A stretch of DNA of 24,000 bases from Porcipelethomonas ammoniilytica (GCF_025567485.1 NZ_JAOQKH010000002.1:70949-94948), one strand, 5' to 3'. Counted from the first letter of the stretch, positions 8,798 through 14,852 are shown. The notes: generated by a model not told the origin, from the letters alone. Made by a program: numbers and translations.

Positions 8798-8885
8798 TCC
8801 GTCATTTTGATACTGAACTAATTGGTCTCCCAGTAAAAGGCAAGACTTCTCATCTAAAATTCACACCCCAGTAAAATGGCGGCAA

Positions 8886-9230
8886 TTATTTCTTAGTCTT
8901 TTCAATTATTGTATTCACGATTTCGATTCTATCTGAAAAATTTAAGGATTTGAATGCTTTGAGCATTTCTATTTCCATTTCGTCTTTCGCTTCATGTGCT
9001 ACATGATGAATGTCTGTCCTGCCAAGCAAATAATCTACAGAGCAGTCGAGATAATCGGCGATTTTTGCTAAATTATCCGCCTTTGGCATTGAAGTTTTAT
9101 AATTATCAAGAGTTCTGTCTGATATACCAAGGGTATTATACATTTCTTTTTGTTTTATATTTCTATTTTTTAAAATTTCTTTTATTCTTATGGCAACATC
9201 GTTCGATTTATATGCGTTTTCTATAATCAA
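8886..9230 (-). CDS. XRE-family helix-turn-helix transcriptional regulator (Xre-1)
   Basis: 114 aa. HTH_3-type core IKQKEMYNTLGISDRTLDNYKTSMPKADNLAKIADYLDCSVDYLLGRTD. The C-terminal AFKSLNFSDRIEIVNTIIEK is shared with the next gene. The start is TTG at 9228-9230, placed very close to AGAGGTGA, so the exact start is uncertain. Confidence 0.85.
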   Translation of the reverse strand: MIIENAYKSNDVAIRIKEILKNRNIKQKEMYNTLGISDRTLDNYKTSMPKADNLAKIADYLDCSVDYLLGRTDIHHVAHEAKDEMEIEMLKAFKSLNFSDRIEIVNTIIEKTKK

Positions 9231-9259
9231 TCACCTCTTTTTTTATAATTCATAATTAA

Positions 9260-9315
9260 ATGATAAATTTATCACTTTCGGTTGACAATTCGATAAATTT
9301 ATGGTATGATATAAT
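9260..9315. promoter_or_regulatory. divergent back-to-back promoters with overlapping -35 boxes and two GATAAATTTAT operator candidates
   Basis: Plus strand: TTGACA 9282-9287, 17 nt, TATGAT 9305-9310, which is also read as the extended -10 TGATATAAT at 9307-9315. Minus strand: TTGTCA (9288-9283), 17 nt, TATCAT (9265-9260), driving Xre-1. O1 is the perfect 14-bp palindrome TGATAAATTTATCA at 9261-9274. O2 is CGATAAATTTATGG at 9291-9304, centred 30 bp away. Confidence 0.65.
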
Positions 9316-9382
9316 AAAGTGATATTTACAAGAATATAAAATCCCATAAAAATGTACAATTAATTTTAATTATACCATCATT

Positions 9383-9422
9383 TGATTCAGACCGTCAATA
9401 GCTGAATCAGGATTTATTTTTT
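9383..9422 (+). terminator. plus-strand hairpin with U-tail, ending a short transcript from the 9282 promoter
   Basis: TGATTCAG (9383-9390) pairs with CTGAATCA (9402-9409) around an 11-nt loop ACCGTCAATAG, followed by GGATTTATTTTTT. The U-tail exists only on the plus strand. The stem overlaps the minus-strand stop codon of Xre-2 (9407-9409). Confidence 0.5.
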
Positions 9423-9754
9423 AGCTTTTCATGTATGATGTTCATGATATCTATTTTGTCTGAAAGGTTCAGTGATTTAAAAGCTATTGCAAATTCCGCT
9501 AATAGTTCGTCATGCTGCTCTATTTCATTAATATAATTATTTTCATTTATAACATGAGACTGATTGGTTCTGCCGAGTAAATAATCTACGGAGCAGTTAA
9601 AATAATCTGCTATATTTAACAGTATATCTCCCCTGGGGATTGTTCCGTTTTTCCAATGTGTAGCTGTTGCATTTGATAATTTTAACTTTTTACATACTGC
9701 ATTTGGTGTAGTACCATGTGATTCACATAATGCATAAAAGATATTCCAGAACAT
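9407..9754 (-). CDS. XRE-family helix-turn-helix transcriptional regulator (Xre-2), paralog of Xre-1
   Basis: HTH core PNAVCKKLKLSNATATHWKNGTIPRGDILLNIADYFNCSVDYLLGRTN and C-terminal AFKSLNLSDKIDIMNIIHEK. I prefer the ATG at 9752-9754, with GGAGG at 9764-9760 five nt upstream. The ORF-track start at 9766 overlaps that RBS. Confidence 0.85.
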   Translation of the reverse strand: MFWNIFYALCESHGTTPNAVCKKLKLSNATATHWKNGTIPRGDILLNIADYFNCSVDYLLGRTNQSHVINENNYINEIEQHDELLAEFAIAFKSLNLSDKIDIMNIIHEKLKNKS

Positions 9755-9809
9755 TAAAACCTCCATTTATTAGCAAAATTCTACATAAATTTAGTTCGGA
9801 ATTTGTGAA

Positions 9810-9873
9810 ATTGTACAAAACCTAATAATTTGTAGACAAAAGCGTTGACATCTACAAAAATGTAGCATATAAT
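9810..9873. promoter_or_regulatory. divergent promoter region with CTACA/TGTAG operator candidates
   Basis: Plus strand: consensus TTGACA 9845-9850, 17 nt, TATAAT 9868-9873. The palindrome CTACAAAAATGTAG (9852-9865) fills the spacer. Further half-sites are CTACA at 9781-9785 and TGTAG at 9831-9835. Minus strand: TTGTCT (9839-9834), 18 nt, TACAAT (9815-9810), driving Xre-2. Confidence 0.65.
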
Positions 9874-9999
9874 TATAGTTAGTCATTGATACGGACAAGA
9901 AAACCTAAATTATATTTCTATTTTTTACCTGATTTTAATTATAACATTAATTGGATTAGTCCGTCAATAGCTTAATTTTATAAGATCGGAGAATGAAAA

Positions 10000-10431
10000 A
10001 TGTTGACAAACAGAGAATTTGCCAGACGATTTAAACAAATAAGAATGCAAAGCGGCGCTTCGCAGATTGAAACGGCGAAAGCGATATACCGTAATGAAAA
10101 TCATATAAAGAATATTGAAAGCGGAGTGACATTACCAACAATGAGAAATTTTTTTAAATTGTGTGATTTTTTTAATGTTACTCCACAGACTTTTTTTAAG
10201 AATGAAATTAAGTCTCCTTTTCTGAGATTAAAACAGCTCAGGGAGCAGCGGGGTATTACACAAATTAAGCTTGCGTTAGACTTGAATTTAAATCAGAACA
10301 GTATAAGCAGATATGAAAGCGGAGAACGTCAGGCGGATTACTCTACCTTAGTTCTTCTGGCAGATTACTTTAATGTTTCCGTTGATTATCTTTTGAATCG
10401 TACTAACAATCCGATATTTAATGAAAAATGA
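10000..10431 (+). CDS. XRE-family regulator with two tandem HTH domains (Xre-3)
   Basis: 143 aa with GGAG 8 nt upstream. HTH-1 is FKQIRMQSGASQIETAKAIYRNENHIKNIESGVTLPTMRNFFKLCDFFNVTPQTFF. HTH-2 is LKQLREQRGITQIKLALDLNLNQNSISRYESGERQADYSTLVLLADYFNVSVDYLLNRT. Confidence 0.85.
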   Translation: MLTNREFARRFKQIRMQSGASQIETAKAIYRNENHIKNIESGVTLPTMRNFFKLCDFFNVTPQTFFKNEIKSPFLRLKQLREQRGITQIKLALDLNLNQNSISRYESGERQADYSTLVLLADYFNVSVDYLLNRTNNPIFNEK

Positions 10432-10445
10432 TAATTTTATTAAAA

Positions 10446-10993
10446 AGACTTTGCGAGTTTTCGCCCAGCCTTTTTCAATTTTTTCTTCAATCCTCTGTAT
10501 AATTACCTGTCGAGCCTTATAAAAATCAAATCATCATACTAAAGACGAAATTAAAGTTTTTTTGCTTACTTTTTTTCAAAATTTTTTCTTCATTTCTCTG
10601 CAAAGTAACTTTGCGAGAGTTTATAAAGTGTTTGAAGTTGATGAAATCCGGCATAAAAGTTTTCGCCCAGCCTTTTTCAATTTTTTTCTTCAATCCTCTG
10701 TTTACTTACCTGTCGAGCCTTATAAAAATCAAATTATCATACTAAAGACGATATTAAAGTTTTTTGCTTACTTTTTTTAAAATTTTTTCTTCATTTCTCT
10801 GCAAAGTAACTTTGCGAGAGTTTAGAAAGTGTTTGAAGTTGATGAAATCCGGCATAAAAGTTTTCGCCCAGCCTTTTTCAATTTTTTTCTTCAATCCTCT
10901 GTTTACTTACCTGTCGAGCCTTATAAAAATCAAATCATCATACTAAAGACGATATTAAAGTTTTTTGCTTACTTTTTTTCAAAAAAGTAAGCG
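10446..10993 (-). repeat. composite tandem repeat array (period 202/201 bp) in inverted orientation relative to 8370-8690
   Basis: GCTTAC landmarks fall at 10564, 10766 and 10967. Each ~202-bp unit consists of an alpha subunit and a beta subunit. Alpha is the reverse complement of the left 103-bp unit, roughly 85-88% identical by eye. Beta is a diverged sister sharing the TTGAAAAA...AAAAC...TTTATAA...GAAGAAAAA framework. The innermost beta (10446-10470) has an internal deletion of ~48 bp. Confidence 0.93.
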
Positions 10994-10994
10994 G

Positions 10995-11023
10995 TTGACA
11001 AAAAGGAAGAATCTGAGTATAAT
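10995..11023 (+). promoter_or_regulatory. consensus sigma-A promoter of the cysE-cysS operon
   Basis: TTGACA 10995-11000, 17-nt spacer, TATAAT 11018-11023. It lies directly after the terminal palindrome of the right repeat array. Confidence 0.8.
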
Positions 11024-11029
11024 ATAGTA

Positions 11030-11272
11030 TAGTTATATAATTAAAGACGTAGCAGTCAGAGTAGCCTTTTCGGACGCATTGCAGAGAGTTCTGTATGGGT
11101 GTGAGCAGAATATGCGAGAAAATGTGAAGTGCGGCTGTCAGTTCGGGGCAGGAACGGAATTCTTTCTGAGTATTGCTCTGCGTTTTTCCTCGTTACGGAA
11201 ATCAAGCTATAAATTAAGAGTGGAACCGCGGACTATCCGCCTCTTGACCTTTGCGGGCAGGAGGCTTTTTTT
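11030..11272 (+). promoter_or_regulatory. T-box riboswitch leader, probably cysteine-specific
   Basis: AG-bay AGAGAG at 11083-11088 and distal-loop-like UGGGUGUGAGC at 11096-11106. The T-box sequence AAATTAAGAGTGGAACCGCG at 11211-11230 compares with the consensus AAUUAGGGUGGUACCGCG. The terminator is GCCTCTTGACC / GGGCAGGAGGC (11239-11265) followed by 7 T. The candidate specifier is UGC at 11130-11132, just 5' of the Stem I closing GGCU. Downstream genes are cysE and cysS. Confidence 0.85.
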
Positions 11273-11305
11273 ATACGATAAATAATAAAAAGGGGTGATC
11301 AAATA

Positions 11306-11947
11306 TTGTTTAAACAGTTGAGAGAAGACATTGCTCTCGTAAAAGAACGTGATCCTGCGGCAAGAAGTTCGTTTGAAATATGGCTGACCTATTCTGGACT
11401 TCATGCTGTTCACAGTTACAGACGGGCTCACTGGTTCTATAAGAAAAAGATGTTTACAATAGCCAGAATCATTTCGCAGTTTGCAAGATTCCGGACAGGA
11501 ATAGAAATTCATCCGGGCGCTAAAATAGGAAAAGGACTTTTTATAGATCACGGTATGGGAGTTGTAATAGGCGAAACTGCCGAGATCGGCGACAACTGCC
11601 TTATATATCAGGGAGTGACCCTTGGAGGTACGGGCAAGGAAAAGGGCAAAAGACATCCTACCTTGGGAGACAATGTAATGGTAGGGGCAGGTGCAAAAGT
11701 TTTAGGACCGTTTAAAATAGGAAACAATGTTAAAATTGCTGCAGGAGCCGTAGTGCTTGAAGCTATTCCCGATAACTGTACCGCAGCGGGAGTTCCGGCA
11801 AGAGTTGTAAGAAACAATGGCGCTAAGGTATGCAAGGAGCTTGATCAGATCCATATTCCCGACCCTGTAGCGCAGGAAATGTGTTCTATGTATATGAAGA
11901 TTGAAAAGCTGCAAAAGGAAGTGGAAAAGCTTGAAGCTGAAAGCTGA
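11306..11947 (+). CDS. cysE: serine O-acetyltransferase
   Basis: 213 aa with a TTG start at 11306. It has the N-terminal SAT helical domain ([28 protein letters not shown]) and left-handed beta-helix hexapeptide repeats ([41 protein letters not shown]). Confidence 0.92.
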   Translation: MFKQLREDIALVKERDPAARSSFEIWLTYSGLHAVHSYRRAHWFYKKKMFTIARIISQFARFRTGIEIHPGAKIGKGLFIDHGMGVVIGETAEIGDNCLIYQGVTLGGTGKEKGKRHPTLGDNVMVGAGAKVLGPFKIGNNVKIAAGAVVLEAIPDNCTAAGVPARVVRNNGAKVCKELDQIHIPDPVAQEMCSMYMKIEKLQKEVEKLEAES

Positions 11948-11975
11948 TTGGAAGTTTCCGAAGATTCATATAGGA

Positions 11976-12458
11976 ATGCGTATCTGGAAAACGGTAATAG
12001 CTGTATTTATATGTGCTGTTTTGGGAATGATCTTTAATATCCATCCATTTTACAGTATGATTGCGGCGATTTTATGTATGCAGGCAAATACCAGCGAAAG
12101 TATTAAAAAAGGCGTGGTAAGATGCGTGGGTACTTTTATCGGAGGAATGGCGGCGGTATTGGTACTGCTGATAATCGATTTTACTCCGCTTGTGCCGTTT
12201 TCTTTTTTATATTATATTTTAATATCGCTTTGTATTGCACCGGTCATTTATCTCACGGTTTTATTAAACCGTGAGTCCAGTGCATATATATCCTGTGTGG
12301 TATTTTTAAGTATCGTTCTATCTCATTTTGACTTTGAGAATCATTATCTTTTTGCTCTTCAGCGTATGCTGGAAACTGTTGCAGGTATATTTACGGCTGT
12401 AGCTGTTAACAAAATTATAAGAAATCAAGATAATAAACAGGAAAGAAAGGAATCTTGA
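11976..12458 (+). CDS. small integral membrane protein, FUSC / aromatic-acid-exporter-like (ArAE_1-like N-terminal domain)
   Basis: About 160 aa from ATG 11976 (MRIWKTVIAVFICAVLG...). The ORF-track start at 11901 overlaps cysE by 47 nt and is unlikely. There are 4-5 hydrophobic helices. The RIWKTxIAxF...MQ...S...G..R..GT.IG pattern resembles ArAE_1/FUSC proteins. The RBS is weak. Confidence 0.6.
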   Translation: MRIWKTVIAVFICAVLGMIFNIHPFYSMIAAILCMQANTSESIKKGVVRCVGTFIGGMAAVLVLLIIDFTPLVPFSFLYYILISLCIAPVIYLTVLLNRESSAYISCVVFLSIVLSHFDFENHYLFALQRMLETVAGIFTAVAVNKIIRNQDNKQERKES

Positions 12459-12461
12459 ACT

Positions 12462-13859
12462 ATGAAGATATACAATACGTTAACCGGTCAGAAAGAGGAT
12501 TTCAAACCTATTGAAGAAGGAAAAGCGGGTATTTACGTTTGCGGCCCTACTGTTTATAATTTTATCCATATCGGTAATGCACGTCCTATATGCGTGTTTG
12601 ACGTGTTCAGAAGATATCTGGAATTCAAGGGCTATGATGTGACGTTTATTCAGAATTATACTGATGTAAATGATAAAATTATTAAACAGGCAAAGCTTGA
12701 AAATTCAACTCCGGAAGAAACTGCATTGAAATACATTCATGAATATGAAACCGACGCTAAGGGTCTGAATGTAAGACCTGCCGATGTTCACCCGAAAGTT
12801 TCACTTTATATGGATAAAATTATTGATATGATCCAAACTCTTGTAGATAACGGGTATGCTTATGAATCAAATGGCGACGTATACTACAGAACAAGAAAAT
12901 TTGAGGGCTATGGAAAGCTTTCAAAGCAGTCCCTAGACGACCTTATAGCAGGTGCAAGAGTTGAGGTAAGCGATATCAAGGAAGATCCTCTTGATTTTGC
13001 ACTTTGGAAGTCAGCAGGGGAAGACGAGCAGCACTGGGATTCTCCGTGGGGCAAGGGCAGACCCGGTTGGCATATTGAATGCTCGGCGATGGCTAAGGAC
13101 TGTTTAGGAGATACTATTGATATTCATTGCGGCGGCAAGGATTTAGTATTTCCTCATCATGAAAATGAAATTGCACAGTCGGAAGCAGCGACAGGTAAAA
13201 ACTTTGCGAATTACTGGATGCATAACGGACACATTAATATAGATAATAAAAAGATGTCCAAGTCTGCGGGAAACTTTTTCCTCACAAGAGACGCCGCCGC
13301 AAAGTACGGCTATGAGACTATCAGATACTTAATGATTCAGGCTCATTACAGAATGCCTATGAACTATACCGCTGAGCTTTTGGATTCGTGTAAGGCTTCT
13401 TTGGAACGTTTATATAATTGCCGTGAAAATCTTGACAAGGCAATAGAAAAGGCAGTAAACGGCAGTATTACGGCTGAAGCGGAGGAGATATTTGAAAAGA
13501 GAAAAAATCAGTTTATTACCGCAATGGACGATGATCTTAACACAGCAGACGGTCTGACGGCAATATTCGAGCTGGTTCGTGACCTTAACAAAATGATCTC
13601 CGATCCAGAAACATCAAAGGAACAGCTTGTGAAAGGCGCAGAGCTATTTGACTGTCTTACAGGGGTTCTGGGAATACTTTACAACAGAAATGAGAAGGAA
13701 GAAATTCCCGGGGAAATTCTGGAACTTGTTCAAAAGAGAAAAGAAGCAAGAAAGGCGAAGGATTTTGCTTTGGCGGATAAAATAAGAGACGAAATTACCG
13801 CTATGGGATATACGGTAAAGGAAACAAGACAGGGTACGGAAATTACTAAGAGCAACTGA
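12462..13859 (+). CDS. cysS: cysteine--tRNA ligase
   Basis: 465 aa, class I aaRS signatures HIGN (FIHIGNARP) and KMSKS (KKMSKSAGN), plus the WHIECSAM zinc/Cys-binding region. Confidence 0.96.
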   Translation: MKIYNTLTGQKEDFKPIEEGKAGIYVCGPTVYNFIHIGNARPICVFDVFRRYLEFKGYDVTFIQNYTDVNDKIIKQAKLENSTPEETALKYIHEYETDAKGLNVRPADVHPKVSLYMDKIIDMIQTLVDNGYAYESNGDVYYRTRKFEGYGKLSKQSLDDLIAGARVEVSDIKEDPLDFALWKSAGEDEQHWDSPWGKGRPGWHIECSAMAKDCLGDTIDIHCGGKDLVFPHHENEIAQSEAATGKNFANYWMHNGHINIDNKKMSKSAGNFFLTRDAAAKYGYETIRYLMIQAHYRMPMNYTAELLDSCKASLERLYNCRENLDKAIEKAVNGSITAEAEEIFEKRKNQFITAMDDDLNTADGLTAIFELVRDLNKMISDPETSKEQLVKGAELFDCLTGVLGILYNRNEKEEIPGEILELVQKRKEARKAKDFALADKIRDEITAMGYTVKETRQGTEITKSN

Positions 13860-13869
13860 GGTAAGGTAA

Positions 13870-14661
13870 ATGACTAGAAAATTCAGATTTATTTTAATGG
13901 GATTAGTGGCTAGTGCAGCGATAAGTTTTGCAGGGGTATCATGTATGCAGTATATATCAAGCAGTACGGGAAGTTATATAGACATGAGTACGCTTGAACT
14001 GGTTCAGACTCAGGAACCTGAAAACGGTGATCCTATAGCTACAATAAAAACCAGTCTGGGAGATATAAAGGTTGTTTTGTATCCGGAATACGCTCCGAAT
14101 GCTGTAAAAAATTTTACAGATCTTGCAGAAAGCGGATATTATGACAATACTTATGTTTTTAATTCCGAGCCGGGAGTGTATTTTGGTGCGGGAAGTCCTA
14201 ACAAAAACGGCGATCTGAATAAGGATAATGAACAGGCGGCTTTGGAATATGAGCAGGAGCTTCATCAGAATCTCTGGCCCTTTAAGGGTGCGCTTTGCAG
14301 TCTTACAACAAGCGAGGAGGGCGGATTCTGGAAAAAATTCAAGGGTGAATCAAAGATTCTTAACGGCAGCAGATTTGCGGTGTTAAACAGCGTTGAATTT
14401 ACCGAGGATCTCAAAAAAGAGCTTCTTGAATCGGATAAAAATACTACTCTTGCCGAGGCTTTTATAGAATACGGAGGCTGTCCCAGTCTGTCCCAGAAAA
14501 TAACCGTATTCGGGCAGACATATGAAGGCTTTGATGTTATTGATAAGCTTACTTCTCTGGAAATAACTGACAGTAAGGACGGTACTAAAATCCCTGTGGA
14601 GGATATAATGATCGAAACAATTGAAATCGGAACTTACAGTTCCAAGAGCGATTTAAAATAA
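13870..14661 (+). CDS. membrane-anchored or secreted cyclophilin-like protein with a degenerate active site
   Basis: 263 aa with RBS GAGGTAAGG and an N-terminal hydrophobic signal/anchor. The cyclophilin framework is retained (GDIKVVLYPEYAPNAVKNFTDLAESGYYDN ... ITVFGQTYEGFDVIDKL). The FHRV...FMIQGGD catalytic block is replaced by YVFNSEPGVYFGAGSP. Confidence 0.7.
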   Translation: MTRKFRFILMGLVASAAISFAGVSCMQYISSSTGSYIDMSTLELVQTQEPENGDPIATIKTSLGDIKVVLYPEYAPNAVKNFTDLAESGYYDNTYVFNSEPGVYFGAGSPNKNGDLNKDNEQAALEYEQELHQNLWPFKGALCSLTTSEEGGFWKKFKGESKILNGSRFAVLNSVEFTEDLKKELLESDKNTTLAEAFIEYGGCPSLSQKITVFGQTYEGFDVIDKLTSLEITDSKDGTKIPVEDIMIETIEIGTYSSKSDLK

Positions 14662-14786
14662 ATATGTAAAAGCAATTACCCAACTCCAGAAAGTATGTTT
14701 TGTTAAATTTGACAGTTATAAATTAAAAATCAAGCGTGAAATTGGTTTAAAATTTACCAATAATCATTACAATATGTCTTGAATAC

Positions 14787-14815
14787 TTTACAAATTCGGT
14801 TAAAGAGGTTATAAT
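14787..14815 (+). promoter_or_regulatory. sigma-A type promoter for the second cyclophilin gene
   Basis: TTTACA 14787-14792, 17-nt spacer, TATAAT 14810-14815. Confidence 0.6.
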
Positions 14816-14852
14816 GGTAAAGTTAATATGAAATTATCAGAGGTGTAAATAT

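Noticed and set aside
8700-8800. Small ORFs across the hairpin cluster (25 aa on the plus strand, MFISCLATRNEPKKCVLYFLSCERK; 32 aa on the minus strand, MTDKVFLCFTFFHMKESKGRISLVRFLLRDKK), considered as a possible type I toxin
   Set aside because: Neither has an RBS. The hydrophobic stretch is too short for a TM helix, and the sequence is dominated by perfect palindromes, which argues for a nucleic-acid-level function.
10562-10946. Track ORFs 10562..10780 (72 aa) and 10764..10946 (60 aa) inside the right repeat array
   Set aside because: They are F/L/K-rich translations of A/T-rich repeat DNA with TTG starts and no RBS. The frame is not preserved between units because the 202-bp period is not a multiple of 3.
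8361-10992. IS element, composite transposon or prophage immunity-region call
   Set aside because: The module and its flanks contain no transposase, integrase or phage structural ORF. I could not identify target-site duplications. The terminal palindromes are A/T tracts, not typical terminal inverted repeats. This remains a possible origin only, not an annotation.
8370-10993. CRISPR array interpretation of the tandem repeats
   Set aside because: The units are contiguous, with no unique spacers. They are ~103 bp rather than 24-48 bp, lack the typical repeat palindrome, and no cas genes are nearby.
11079-11656. Track ORFs 11079..11285 (+) and 11207..11656 (-)
   Set aside because: The first lies within the T-box leader RNA. 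The second is antisense to cysE and has no supporting signals.
11901-11975. N-terminal extension of the membrane-protein ORF; similar 5' extensions occur at 8346-8387, 9755-9766, 17326-17334 and 20184-20216
   Set aside because: The extensions overlap upstream genes or RBS and repeat sequence, and encode basic, low-complexity peptides. Internal starts with better ribosome-binding context give the expected N-termini.
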